Below, piece after piece: positions 1-13,900 of a DNA stretch of 64,000 nt. The DNA lies in contig OZ076416.1 in NCBI GenBank assembly GCA_964187785.1, positions 29,140,001-29,204,000 on the forward strand. Direction: 5' to 3'. Each line of letters starts with the position of its first letter. Position 1 is the stretch's first letter. Source of the DNA: Amphiscolops sp. MND2022. Lineage: Eukaryota. Under the pieces are notes generated by a model. That model searched no databases. It saw only the letters and a program-made list of their open reading frames with translations, and had not been told where the DNA came from. The translations under genes and the position numbers were made by a program.

Positions 1-1376
1 GCTTCATACGTTGGTTCCTTTTCGTGAGACTTCGTTATTGGCGGGATAAACTCCGTTTGTGCTGGAAGGATAAGCATCGTGGACGTTGATACAGCTTCTC
101 CACTCGAAACAAGGGGTTGAGGTAGGGGTGCGTATCTCGCCATAGGTTGTTTGGAACCTGAGGGTTTCGTCGTGGTGATTATACTCTCTTTTGGTTTGAG
201 TGAAACACTCTTCACAGGCTTTGGTAGGGACATGTCAGTCTCCTGCAATAGTTCTTTGATGGTGTTGTTTGGTAGAGTTGATTGAGGCTGGACATTTTTT
301 AGCGCAGTGCCCATCGCCTGTAATTGCGAGCACACCTCCTGAATTTGGGCTTCCATACGTACCTCTCTTTGGGCCATCATATACTTCAATTTAGCCATTC
401 GATAACCCATGGCATCCATGCGAGCTGCTTGTACTTCCTGTCCTTGTATTTGTCGCTCAGTGGAAGTGGAAGTCCTTAACTCAGATTGCACAGCTTCAAT
501 CTCCTCCACAATTGCCTGATGCTCTCTATCGCACCTCGCCTTGCGCTCAGATAGTTGGGAAGCAGCTTGCTTCACACCAGCTTGGGCTTCCAGCAGGGCT
601 TTACGCGCCTTTGCTGCTTCATGTACAGCTCGGTATGCTGAAGATCGACCAGACACAGCTTTTGATGAAGGTGAGGACGAGCGCGAATCGCCATGAGGTC
701 TTGTAGTGCCAGTCTGTGCTAGTAGAGCTGGAGGCCGTATTTGTCTACTTTTTCCCGATGGCCGGGGTGCAGTGGCTTCTTGCAAGCGCGCTCTGGCATA
801 ATTCATACCCCCGACATAAGACATTTGTTGCAATATCTCTGCCGTGTTCGCAGTGCTCTCGCTTGCCATGCTGGGAGCCTTGAATTGTCCAGTAGCATTC
901 AAGCAACTCATTTCAGCTTCCTCCTCAGCTTTTGTTCTGTTGGAGTTGGGCCATGTTCCTGCTTCGTCAGTACCGAAAAGTGTGACAGCTACTTTGGTCA
1001 GTTCTTGCAACCATTTGGACGTGTGCGCCTGACTTCCTGTTTCGTCGGCTGATCCCCCGATATCGTCTGCCGTCCTGGTGACCTGTTTGGTCTGGTATTC
1101 TTCTGATGCGTTGTCTGACATAGGGTCTGAAAAATCGGGTTGCATAATAAAACTGTCATCAGTTGGCCAATCTTCCTCCCTGGGGTCTGAGGTTAGGTCT
1201 GATATTGCACTGAGGTTTGTCTCGCACGCCACGGGTTCTGGTGTTTTCGGTGTTTTGGCGTGTAGTGAGGCAGCTTCCCTACCCCTATTTGAAAGATGTG
1301 AGTGCCGATGGGTGTTCGAACGACTTAATGTCTTTGTGATCGAATTCCAAAGACTGCGGAAGTTGTTGTTTTTCAT
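1..1376 (-). CDS. Gag-like N-terminal ORF of an LTR retrotransposon (BEL/Pao-like architecture), runs off the left edge
   Basis: Manual translation from ATG 1376 is open for 458 codons to the window edge; it is missing from the ORF track because there is no stop. A Ser-rich stretch (SRSSSPSSKAVSGRSSA) is followed by a coiled-coil (EAAKARKALLEAQAGVKQAASQLSERKARCDREHQAIVEEIEAVQSEL), a layout typical of BEL/Pao polyprotein N-termini. An LTR and PBS lie upstream. Confidence 0.6.
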   Translation of the reverse strand, partial: MKNNNFRSLWNSITKTLSRSNTHRHSHLSNRGREAASLHAKTPKTPEPVACETNLSAISDLTSDPREEDWPTDDSFIMQPDFSDPMSDNASEEYQTKQVTRTADDIGGSADETGSQAHTSKWLQELTKVAVTLFGTDEAGTWPNSNRTKAEEEAEMSCLNATGQFKAPSMASESTANTAEILQQMSYVGGMNYARARLQEATAPRPSGKSRQIRPPALLAQTGTTRPHGDSRSSSPSSKAVSGRSSAYRAVHEAAKARKALLEAQAGVKQAASQLSERKARCDREHQAIVEEIEAVQSELRTSTSTERQIQGQEVQAARMDAMGYRMAKLKYMMAQREVRMEAQIQEVCSQLQAMGTALKNVQPQSTLPNNTIKELLQETDMSLPKPVKSVSLKPKESIITTTKPSGSKQPMARYAPLPQPLVSSGEAVSTSTMLILPAQTEFIPPITKSHEKEPTYE

Positions 1377-4279
1377 GACTTAGCCTATTTCGGAATAGTC
1401 GAAATTCGATGAGGGAGTCGCTTCGGCGTGAAACGTTTACTGCGCGTTGATACCGTTGCGTGGGGTCGAAAACCGTGCGTTTAGGGTTCACGAGGCAACT
1501 ATGTCACACACACTTAAGTTCTTTTGATAGTTTCAAAGATTTTTGGAGTCTTTCAAATTTCACTCATCGTCTGGTACGTGATGTTCGATTGTATAAAGTA
1601 CTTGAAAAATTATCACGATTCACATTAAGTGATGGACTCACTAACATGCGTTTAGACAAGGGTGTTTTTGCAAATTTTTTACATGGAAGACCGGGTTTCG
1701 TCCCACTTTTCTAAGTTTCGCCTCGGTGGAGACTTGAGCCAGAATGATGATACGCACGTCTCGAATGGGACGAAACCACATCTAATGGTCGTAGCGAGTT
1801 CAAACTTACTCAAGCAGTTGTTACCAAACCACAAGCTCAGAAAGTGAGCTCAGATTGATGCTACCTTTTCGCTAAGACAATTATGCGACGTTTACAACAA
1901 ATCTTGAATTTTCTCGGAGAGTACCAAAAATATATAAGTGGCTCAAATTTGTTCCTGAAGAATCGGATCTGGCTCAAAATTGACCAGAGGATCTTACACA
2001 CATATAGGTACACGGAATTGAGCACCGATTTGAGCTCCGAGGGTTGTGCACTGTTTTGCCTTGGTATAGACGTGCGGTACACCTATGTCTCGGAAGGAGT
2101 CAAAATGCACGCTTATTATACAATTTCTAGGCACCAGTATGAGTTAGCGGTTCGGTATTCTCGCTAACAATGCAACAACTAGCACAAGTCACGATGGTGG
2201 GCTGCAATTTATACCCACTTTTCCAATAAGGTGTTCAGGCATTTCTGAAAAATTTCGAAAAATTTGCCTTTTTGCACCTCTTTTTGAGCAGTACTTTTCA
2301 GTCAATTTTTCAATAAATACAACACCGATTGGCTCGAAACTTAGTAGGCGCTGTCAGTGGTGCCCACAATGCTGGTTCAATGGTCCGATGAAAGCTCGCG
2401 AGCTTTCCTAGGGTTTCGACTGAGTTCAGACGCTATTTCAGCAAGAGTCCTTTTTTTGACACTTTTTTCACAAATAGGCTAAGAGGGTCGACACTACAAA
2501 CGTTACGGCAGGCAAGATAAGGTCAACGTGTTGCCCCACTAGTCACAGCACTGCCACAAGTCCTCAATTAGCCGCGCCTGTTAGGTTTGAGGCACTGTCG
2601 GTCTTATAGTTTTGGAAATTTTCGGCTAGTTCAGCTCGTTCTGATGTCAAAACGTCAGAGAGCTTTTCTCAACTTTGGTTAGCGCTAGGCTCACCAAATT
2701 TTCGGCACTAGTATTATTTTTTGTGGTGGTTACGAAAATGCAACCAGTTTTTAGCTAGGGTTCGGGAATCTATGACCCGACCCTAACAATTGGACAGTCC
2801 GGTTTTGTGGAAATTTGGTCAGATTCAGTGCGTTTTTCCACTTTTCTCAGCACTGAAAAGGAATTTTTTGACGCGGTTTTCAGCACTATGCGTTATTTTT
2901 TATGTAAAAACAGAAAATGAGAGCTGGGAAGCTCCTAGCTAACAAAAAAACAGAGTGTCCAGGGGGTTTTAATTATATATGCGGACACTCCTGAAACTAA
3001 CTAAAAATCAACGTTTTTCAACTTTTCTTCACACTGAAAAAGAATTTTGGGGTGCGGTCTTCACTCTTGACCGTTAAATCTTTCGAATAAACTGGAAGCA
3101 ACAGTCCGCGGACTGTTCTTGGTATAGGAATGTTAGTCAATGATCGGTTCAAGTTCCATTCAAGAATACTATTGGAAAACTTCAAAATTGCAATTTCTGT
3201 AGGTTTTTGTGGCAGGTAGTGACAATAATTACCGAAACAGGCAGCTCTAGGTACCGGCTGGTGTGCCCTGACATAATTGTGGCCCAGTGGGGATGTTTGG
3301 AAGTTCCAACATCAATCTCCCCACTACTAGAAGTGCTTAATTTTTCCGAAACGGGGTTTTCTCTCACAAGATTCGCACTAAGTGCTTTTTTGGGCAACTT
3401 TGAGCAGTTGGCCCTGGTTTTTGTGAACTCATTAGAGTTCTGAGCTACTTTTATTTAATTTCTGCAAATGTGTGGCTGGCACCAAGAGCGCTCGCGCTCA
3501 TGTAGGTGTTTCGCCTCAAAGTGGCCAAATTTGGCACTTTTCGTCGAAAATACATGAAAAAACGCACTTTTTTCGCACAAAACAGGTGCAAATGCACACG
3601 CATATTTGCAGAAAGCTCGTAAGAACATCGGCAAGTGATTACACATAAAATTTTGAGCAATCAAAAAAATTTTTTCAACCTGACTCAAAGTATTCATACA
3701 ACCTGGATCGACGAGTTGTATCTTTCCGTTCCTTTTACTCGTCACCCAGAACAGTTAGAGACAAACGGGTTGCATCTCTAGATAGGTCAGTGTTTGTAGT
3801 ACGTTGCCACCAAATTTCGTTTTTCTGGGTAGCCTGTACGAGAAATGGGATAGGCGAGTCGTACAACTCCATTCCGGCAGGTTGTAAGATACTTTTGAGC
3901 AAGGATCATCCTCTTCTCAACACTCGCTTCATTGGTCACAAAAAGCTGAAAAAGGCTGGAAAATACCTGTTAACACCTCTAGCAGCCTTTTGACGGCTTG
4001 CTAGACCAATTTTAGAGAGTGACCCGTTAAGAGGGTTGGTTATTTCGACTGTTACCTGTTAACTACTAAAAAGCTTCAGAATTACAACATACAGCGCTTT
4101 TTCACTAAATTTACCTTTAACCACCAGGCATAAAGCCTTCAATAATGTACATACAGGGTAAAAACATAGAAAACTCTGCTTCTGTCTTCTCCTCGTCAGA
4201 GTCGGGTCGTACTTGGCGTCAATCACCAGAGGGTCGGCTCTTTTAAAACCATTAAGGGAAGCACTTCGAAGCGATCCCT

Positions 4280-4291
4280 CTGTGGTCGCCA
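4280..4291 (-). promoter_or_regulatory. Primer-binding site (TGGCGACCACAG) of the left-edge LTR element
   Basis: On the minus strand a TGG-starting 12-mer follows the LTR end (...CATCA) after a T5 spacer. Confidence 0.6.
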
Positions 4292-4296
4292 AAAAA

Positions 4297-4748
4297 TGAT
4301 GTCTCTATGTAACGACAGGCTCTCACCACTGTCGCCGTAACCATGAGAGTAAGAGGAACACATGATATGGGTATTTGCCCGGGACAGGCGCCCATGACCA
4401 TGAGCTCATTTTGCCTCCTTCGGGTAAAAACTGTCCCGTCAGAGGAGGATTCCGCTTCTTGTGAAGTGCTCGCCGGCCTGATCCAGTCTGTAATTGCTAT
4501 CAGTAACGCGAATTACGCTTTTTCTTCGAAACCAACGCTTAGATAGCCTTTAAAAACAGGTGAGGTCGAAAAGGAAAATCGTGTTCTCTTGTAGCTACAG
4601 AGGAAATCGAAATAAGTAGCTCACGAGCTATTACCACGACAAAATACGCAATTTACTGCATAATTAGCACTTTTGGGGCAGCAATTAGCCTGGGACACAA
4701 GTACGGATGCTTGTTCAAGCTTGTTGACTCATTTTGGTGGTCACAACA
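4297..4748 (-). mobile_element. 5' LTR of the left-edge element
   Basis: TGATG...CAACA termini, adjacent PBS, and block-wise homology over its whole length to the TSD-flanked solo LTR at 58323-58786. Confidence 0.65.
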
Positions 4749-7700
4749 TATTGTAATGATCTGCTAAAGAAAGCACCGATGGGAACAGAGTTTAGTCCGT
4801 ATCGGCCGAAATTTGAGTCTTTTTCTGACAGGTTTTGCGGATTCCTGTAGTCGTCTAGTTCGTAGTGGGTCTCTTCTGCTTCTCTCGCTCAAATCCTTTT
4901 CAATTTCGGGGACAGGTCCTTTGGTAAAGACACGGTATCCTTCAGCGGAATATGACTTTTCAGGGGAGGGCATCTAGTCCCTTGAACGAAATTTTCAAAA
5001 AAAATTCGAATTCTCGGACTCGATAAGTGATCGTTACAGTATATACGTAACTGTATATTATAATCATTGGTTTGATCTTATTTTTTCATTCTTCACTTTC
5101 TGGTGTTGAAAATTTCAGCATTTATGGTAACATTTAAAAACAAACATAGGTACAGAACGGTGACAAAACGCTGGTCAAGAAATTGCGTCGAGAGTTACAA
5201 TTCTTTGTTTTTATATGGGGGTTGCCCTTCCCATGGGTAGGTATGTATACATTCCATCGGTCACTCGCAAATACATGTTTATGTCCGGTTTATATTCCTT
5301 CCGAAAATGGGCAAGCTAATTTGTTTGTATCTTTCTGTCGTATTTTTTTTTGTTGTTTCTCTTTCGTTTAATTCCTCAGTTCTGCTATTTTTGTGAGTTG
5401 GCATTATTTTGATTCTGACTGCGCCATGTGGTATCTCGCTGTAAGATAGAAAGGATGAAGTGATAATACTCAGTTCTGCTCGTTATTTTATCAAACGTTG
5501 GACTCACTATCTGTATCATTATTAAGCTTGAACAACGTTGGCAGGTACTTAGCTGGTGGAAATTTCACTGAATTTACAGCTTCTAAATGACACATGCCAC
5601 ATATATGAATGATCTTTGTTAGGTTTTTTTCATAAATTTCAAATAGCAGTAAAATGAGAAGCATATGTGTGTGTTTTGGCTAGCAATAATTTTGTTTGAA
5701 TGCTTGGCGCGGTTCCTCTGTTAACTATGATCAAATAGTGAAACTGAGCGTTGGCGCATTTTATGTTTATTTTTGTTTTGATTCTGAGCCAGTTTGAACG
5801 ATGAAACTATGGAACCACACGAATTTTTCTTTTTTCACATTATTATGGATTTTGTATTGGTCAAGCTTATACATGGTTTTAGGAAACATTTTCACCTGTT
5901 TTTTCACAAACAGCTTTTTTGGAAAGCCTTTTTTATATTTCCTTTCCGTTTCCTTTGCAGATGACAAATAACCGTTCATAAAAGTAACGTTTTTGAAATT
6001 CCAAATTGAAGTATTCGCAATAGCTTCTACATTCAGTCTATTCCTCGACTTTTTTCATTGGAGCCATTATCTGGTAACTTGCATCTCTTAGTTTATGTAA
6101 TATAGTCCATTTAGTTCACTTATATCTAAAACCAATTATCAGGCACGCACATAAAAAAGACGTTAAGTAAAATTAGAAGGGGAGTGAAGTAGCGCCAACT
6201 TCGAAAGATTAACTATTCAATAAAATCCAACAATACTCCAAAATAGATTTTTAAGCTTTTGTTTTATGCTGTATCTTTCGATCTAGAGGTTCTCTGATCT
6301 AAAGGCAAGTGTCGACGTTGCTACTAGAGTTACAAATGATGACGCTGCCGAAACCCACAATTAAAGTTAGTGTTAATAATTAATAGAAAATTAGAGTTAG
6401 TTTTTCAGCTTTTCGGGAATCCATCGTTTATAGTCGACACCCTCTGTGAGATTTATGGGAGATTTATTATGTTTTCATTGTAATGAAACTGAAATATTTG
6501 GCACTTTGACTCAGTGAACGCTTGAAATCAGGTCGAGGGCTCGAACCCCACGTAGGAGCGAACTGTTTTTTTAACGTTTGCACAGCTAGACTAGGTCGAA
6601 GGTTTTTTTTTGTATTTTCACGGCACAGTGCATATTTTCTCGAAATTTATTCTATATCACCAAAAGGTACCATCTTTGATGATATTCGATTGATAATTTT
6701 TGTCAGAAAAAGTTTCTGACGTCTTGTTTGTGTTTTGACACCTTAGGACTTTAATTCCAACAAAAATCTTTGAAAAACTTGTGAACTTTGGGTTTTAACA
6801 TTGTTTTATAGCTAAGTTTTACTTAACTAATCCAATTAATCCGGTGGCAATACAAAATAATGAATAAGAGTTTTCATTGAAAGATACTTCAATGAAAAGC
6901 TTAATGAAATTAAGCTTTTGAAAAAGTTCTCGAATTTCGAAGAGTTTTGCGAGGAAACGGGTTTAGATTCTTCAGCTTTTATTTAGTTGTAGATGGGTTC
7001 CAACAGCAACAACAACCATAAAATCTAAGTTTTGGTAATATGATCTTTGGATTACTCTAGAACACTGTCCCAAGCTAACAGCTATCTTGATCAGTTTTTT
7101 TCTGAAGTATGTATTTGAAGATGGTTTGCAAAAAGACATTGAACCATCTATTCGGTTCAGAAGCTATCAATCCAATTGATCATACTTTGAGAATTTGAGC
7201 AATGGTGATTCGAATTTATGTTGATACATATCTACATGTTTACACACTATATAAATATTTAATAGATTAGATTTACACATTATCACTGGTACTTGTTTTT
7301 GCCGCAACGATCAGTTGTTGAATTGAAGACTGTACAATTACATTACATTTTCAATACGAAGTCAGAATAAATCTTGATGCAGTCAGCATTTTAATATACC
7401 CATTGACGTTGTTTTTTTGCAACCGGGAAGACGACGGAAGAAACAAAACTTTAAGTACCGAAATTCAAGGAGACCACCAACGGAAAGAAGATATACCTAC
7501 CGAAACGATGGCTCGGAAGATTTAGACAATATAAGAAGAGAAAACACAAAAAGGATAAAACGGAACTAAAACGAAGGCCAAAACGACACAAATTGGTTGA
7601 TCCGGAAACGAAGCTAAAGTACACAAAGATTTCATATGGGGCACCAGTTTAGAAGGATTATATCAAATCACACGGGCGGAACATAAAACCGAACCAGTTA

Positions 7701-10064
7701 TAATAGTGATCAAAGTTGATGCGATTTTTCAAAGGATACTTTCTACCAAAAAAAAAAACAAAATAAACCACAATCGAGACGAATGCTTCTGGAGGAATCT
7801 CATTTAGACGAAAACTCCTGGAGACTTCTGGCGGAGGTTGATAGAGATTGAAAAAAATGCTACTTCGAAGGCATAACAACAGAAGAACAACTTTTTTCTC
7901 AATTGATGATCGCAATTATCGATAAAAAGCTGTGGGATAAACTATTGATAATGAAAAATGTTGAATTGAAGAAAATGAAAAAGATGCTTCAAAAGTTTTA
8001 CGAAAAGAAGAAAAATAAAAATATCATACAGGAAGCATTGATATAAAACTAAGAAAAAGAAATCAACGAAGAACCAATCCAAAGAACGGGCAGATTCTCA
8101 ACAAGACCAAACATTAATTGCAGTAATAGTTGACCATGTGAGTTCTGCAATGCATGAACTGGAACTCAACACATAAATATCCCACATTAGAACAAACGAG
8201 CAATAGCTGCGGTAAGAGGGCCGGTTCGCGACAGCTTGCAGATCAGAAAACGAATGTAAACGCAAAATTCGGAAAAAAAACGGAAAATGAAAATACACAC
8301 ACGAATCACCCGACGAATCACACTCAAGCATCTAGAAAATTGAAATAATCAACGAGAAAGTAGACACATTCAACCACTGGACAGCAGCAGTGAAAATAAA
8401 CGATAAGGAGAAAAACTTGCAATATATCACTCATTTCAACTTTACTAACGGACAATAAAAAAGGAAAGAAACTGATTTAGAAAAGATCAAACACCAGTAT
8501 TAGGACGTAAAAAATAACGAATTAATGTTCCGGGCAATAATACCGGTAGACATCGAATATGGAAACAACAAAAAAGGGGCTATTATTTTCCACCGAGAGA
8601 AACGACATAACTACCACTGCTCAAACCTGACTGGCTGAAGAAATTCAAGTTAAAATTGAAAAGATCCGATTGGATGAGAGAAATCAAAAAGAAAAGAGAA
8701 GAGTAAGCATTAGGCGTCCGTGCTTGTTTAAGAATACTACCACTATTAAAGACGCTGAGATCAAAATGCAGCTAAAACTGGGACACTATCCGATGGAACA
8801 AAAAGCAAGACCGATGCGACTACATCTATGAGAAGCGGTTAGGGGAGAATTAGAAAAATTAGAAAATCCGGACACCAAAAGAAGGTGAAACAAGTGGATG
8901 AAAATTGTTTTGTCTCGGCATTGGTAACACAGTAAAAAGTTGTTAATCAGTGAAAGTCGCATTACATTTGCGAATAAATTTTGACAGCTGTAAAACCATC
9001 CGATCACAACTGTAAAATATGGAAAAAGTGTTAAATCAAATTTCGATAGTAATAGCGAATGACCGAAAAAATAGAATTTTTAATTTCGAAAAGTGATTTA
9101 GATTACACATGTGTGCAAATGAACTTATTAGCGGAATCAAACCGACAATGTGTAAATGCCCTTCACAGGATCAATTTTAGCGTATGTTTCCGATTCAAAA
9201 AAAAGTTTACGGTTTGGCCGATACCCTTGCAACTTTCCAAGAAAAAACTGATCGAGCACTACAATTTTGTACCCCGACATGGTTGGTCTTTGGAACACGT
9301 AGAAGATTGACAAATATTTGACATCGTTTTTCCGAGCGATGCACTATCCAGCAAAATTTTACTTCGACTTTCGGAAGGTACTGACATTCTCTAGTAGAAT
9401 GTCAAGAAAATTCTAAAGTGGAAAATTAGGAGAAAAACAACAGAGAGACTTGGTAACCATAAAAACTAATTGTCCGACAAACAGGCTTGGAATAGTTTCT
9501 TTTTTTTTAAACAGAAAGAAGGTTCTTCGATATACCGAAAATCAAGCATTAGATCGCTGAATAAAAAACAGATGTAACAAACAATACAGCGCCAGACTCA
9601 CTAGATGGCTGCCCCGACTTAAATATTTCGATATTTCAAAGCAATATATACCGGTAGCAACCTAGATATTACCAAGTTCGCCTGTAGAAATCCGGTAGGG
9701 AGCGCCACAACCGAAAACGTAAACGATGAACAATACGTAACATACATTTTCACAGAACGAGCTGAATTTGAAATACGGAAAAGTTTTTAAGGACCAATCA
9801 CAAAGCGCGCCGAACAACGCAGAGAAACACGAGAGCATATTAACTAGCTCATCAGAGAAAATTAAAACATTACAGAAAAACCGAGCTGTGAACAACCTAA
9901 TTGAAGACGAAGAAACCAATCCGAATGTCAACTCATAAAAGTTCGAATGTGATAAAATTAAAAACTGCAAAATAACATGACAGAATAACCAAAAACAAAC
10001 GGACAGCAAATATTTTCATTGGGGAGCAATCACCGAGATAATGGAATTCATTAGAATAAGGAGG

Positions 10065-10400
10065 AATAAGACGGAAACGGCCAAGGTTGGCGCTATATCT
10101 AAGGCTCAAATCATAAAGTGGGGACCCTTTGAGCTTTGTGAAACTCCAGTCAGTTGGTTGCAAAATCAAAACAAAAATTAAAGGGGGACCTTTTGGAGGA
10201 TCTTTAATTTTTTTAATTAGGATTTTTTAACGGTGTCACAGTGTCAAAAAATGTGAAAGGGGGTCTCTTTGGGATTTTTTGAGATCCATTGTGTTGCAAA
10301 ATATCGAAAAAAACGAAGGTTTACCCTCTGGTGGAATCCAAAAAACTTCAAAAAAAGTCGAAAAAAATCCGAGTGAAAAATGCCAAAAGGGGGCATCGTA
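10065..10400 (+). mobile_element. Non-autonomous repeat with AA(C/T)AAGACGG...GGCGCTATATCTAAGGCTCAAA head and AAAGGGGGACC subrepeats (Helentron/DINE-like candidate)
   Basis: Same head as 19756 (minus) and 13569; interrupts the old Gypsy pol. Confidence 0.55.
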
Positions 10401-11869
10401 TGTATTCGAGTTTCTGTACGTCGATTTCTAGCGTTTCGAGTGTGGTTTGGAGGTTCGTAGTTCAAGTTGATGATGTTGAACGAATGAACCAAAAAGCAGA
10501 CCGATCGCGTTAAACTCACGAGAAAAAAAACTAGCCACTGTAATAGTCGTGCATTTTCTTCGAAACCGCTGACTGAAAACACGGAACACTACAGTTAGTG
10601 CAAAGACGAGAAGAGATAGCTAGACCGTGAGCAACAAGAAAAAACATGTCATCTGACTTGTTTCCACTTTCTCTAATTACGCTCAATCACCACAATTCGC
10701 AATTTCTGATTACACTGTGTATCAAAATTCACGATGAACACACTGCACTGTTTCACTAGGATACGATTCGCTCTCGTTTTACGGAAAATACACATTACCC
10801 TTGATAAAAAATTCCACTTTTGCGGCAAATGTATCGTAATGTGACCAGAAAGCGCGCACAAAGAACAACTTGGGTCCCGTATAGACCATACACGCGAAGC
10901 GGAGGGGAAAATGCAGAAATAGACGAAGAATTGATATATCGAGCAAACGGATTGGGCGTATTTGAAACAATGACGCGTTTTTATTGGCTGTTAATCGAAC
11001 TAGCAAGATCTTGCTAGTTCGAGGCGGCATATGTATCGTAATGATCAACCAATGGCGGAACTAAAAGAATAAACCCGGTTCTAGGAAGTGAGGGAGAAAT
11101 TCAAGTCATAAAAGGAGACAGCCTCTCGATTGTCGATATAAAAAACAACAGTACGGACGGAAAAGAAGTCCACTACGTCCAAATAAATCAAATCACCGGA
11201 ACCGTTACATATGGAAACAAAGTTACGTATGAAACAAATGAAAGAAGCCGAGAAGGACTTCATGTTGGATCTGAAATCATTTCACAGCGAAATCGGGTAC
11301 TGACGCAGAACTAAATTGAGTGAACCTGGCCATAAACCGAAACAACAATTCAACGGCCCACGACGAAGTGGGACTGCTTTTTAACAACGATAAAGCTAGA
11401 GTCCCAAATGAACTCAGAAGAAAACTAATGGTTGCCCTGGAGTATGGACAAGCCGGAACCACAAAGATGGCTGCAGAAGAAAAATTCTCCTGGTTGCTCA
11501 ACATCACGCGAGATTTCAAAGAACGAGTGAAAACAAAAAGGTGTATAATGCCAACCCTAAGGTAAGAATTTGAAATATCAACTACCGAAACATGATAGCG
11601 GAAAGTTGAAACAATTTATTGAACTGGCACAAGAAATCAAAACAGATTTATCCCGAGATTTAAGCAAATGAAAATTAAACGGGGAGAGCCAATTACGTAA
11701 AGGGACAACTGTAAATCTATGTAAAACAAACAAAAAATGCTGATAGATTTTTCAACGCAGCATTCCAACTTCTACGAAATACGGGAAAAATCAAACCAGA
11801 TGAAAGCGGAGTATTTATCGCCAGAGAATTTACCGAACTTTGCCAATCGAAAAACTTTGAGATTGAATA

Positions 11870-12130
11870 GTGCTCACTGAATCGAAATCAAGGGCTGAAA
11901 AGGCGCAAAAAGCGTAAAAGGGGGACCTTTCGGGCTTTTTGAAACTCATGTTTGTTACAAAATTTGGAAAAAAAGAAGGGGGACACCTTGGAGACATTAA
12001 AAACGTTTGGAGAAAATAAATAAAATTGAGAAATGTTTCCAAAAATTTTTTCCTTCTCCAGAATGTTTTCTACTTGTTTATCATATTTTGCAACAAACGG
12101 GTTTTTCAAAATGCCCGAAAGGTCCCTCAC
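11870..12130 (+). mobile_element. Fragment of the same AAAGGGGGACC-subrepeat family (duplicate at ~15380-15646)
   Basis: AAAAGGGGGACC / AAGGGGGACAC subrepeats with AT-rich spacers. Confidence 0.45.
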
Positions 12131-13568
12131 GTTACAATTTTGATTATATTACACCGTAACTCAATATTACGTTACTTAATCGTAAAATGATTATTTGCTT
12201 AATTAACGTATTATTAAGTTAACAAGGATGACAATCTTGTCGTCAAAGTTACCCACAATACATAATTTGAATATATTACGCTGTGTGAACCCATCATTTA
12301 CTGTATTCTGGTCAAAATGTGTACCAGAATAATGTGAATTTCAATCAAGTTCCGTACAGATGAACGAAGTGGGAATTAGGCAAAGTGCGTAATTGAAAAT
12401 TGTGTGAAGGTGACTAACCACGAACATTATTCACTTAGAGAAACGATTAATGCAATAGTCTAATGACTATGGAACGTGATTAAAATAACAACGCGTTGTT
12501 ATTGGATCTTCATCAAACTAGCAAAACCTTGCTAGTGCAATTCGGCTAATGTATCGTAATATCGTAACGATTTTGAACCTTGTCGGAGTGCCGAAAAAAA
12601 TTAAAAATATGACCCATTGGATTTTTAACATCCTTTCTTTCGCAGAATTGAAGGGGTGCCTCTGGTGCAATTTAAAAATTTCCGAAGAAAGGTCTCAGTG
12701 CCAAAAAAGCAGAAGCAATTTTAGCGTATGTTTCGGATTCAACAAAATTTACGGTTTGGCCGATACCCCTGCAATTTTCCAAGAAAAAACTGACCGAGCA
12801 CTACAATATTGTACCCCGGCACGGTTGGTCTTTGGAACACCTAGAAGATTGACAAACAATTGACATCGTTTTTCCGAGCGATGCACTATCCAGCAAAATT
12901 TTACTTCGACTTTCGGAAGGTACTGACATTCTCTAGGAGAATGTCAAGAAAATTCTTAAGTGGAAATTAGGAGAAAAACAACAGAGAGTCTTTTATATAA
13001 AAATTTTTTTATACAGAAAAAAGGTTTTTCGATATACCGAAAATCAAGCTCTGAATCGCTGAATAAAAAAACAGATGTAACAAACAATTCAGCGCCAGAC
13101 TCACTAGATGACTGCCCCCACATAAATGTTTCGATATTTCAAAGCAACACATACCCGGTAGCAACCTAGATATCACCAATTTCTCCTGTAGAAATCCGGT
13201 AGGGGGCGCCACAACCGAAAACGTAAACGATGAACAATACGTAACATACATTTTCACAGAACGAGCTGAATTTGAAATACGGAAAAGTTTTTTAGGACCA
13301 ATCACAAAGCGCGCCGAACAACGCAGAGAAACACGAGAGCATATTAACTAGCTCATCAGAGAAAATTAAAACATTACAGAAAAACCGAGCTGTGAACAAC
13401 CTAATTGAAGACGAAGAAACCAATCCGAATGTCAACTCATAAAAGTTCGAACGTGATAAAATTAAAAACTGCAAAATAACATGACAGAATAACCAACAAC
13501 AAACGGACAGCAAATATTTTCATTGGGGAGCAATCACCGAGATAATGGAATTCATTAGAATAAGGAGG

Positions 13569-13900
13569 AACAAGACGGAAACGGCCAAGGTTGGCGCTAT
13601 ATCTAAGGCTCAAATCATAAAGTGGGGACCCTTTGAGCTTTGTGAAACTCCAGTCAGTTGGTTGCAAAATCAAAACAAAAATTAAAGGGGGACCTTTTGG
13701 AAGATCTTTAATTTTTTTAATTAGGATTTTTTAACGGTGTCACAGTGTCAAAAAATGTGAAAGGGGGCCTCTTTGGGATTTTTTGAGATCGGTTGTGTTG
13801 CAAAATATCGAAAAAAACGAAGGGGATACCCTCTGGTGGAATCCAACAAACTTCAAAAAAAGTCGAAAAAATCCGAGTGAAAAATGGCAAAAGGGGGCCA
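13569..13900 (+). mobile_element. Duplicated copy of the 10065 element
   Basis: AACAAGACGGAAACGGCCAAGGTTGGCGCTATATCTAAGGCTCAAA, offset 3504 from 10065. Confidence 0.55.
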
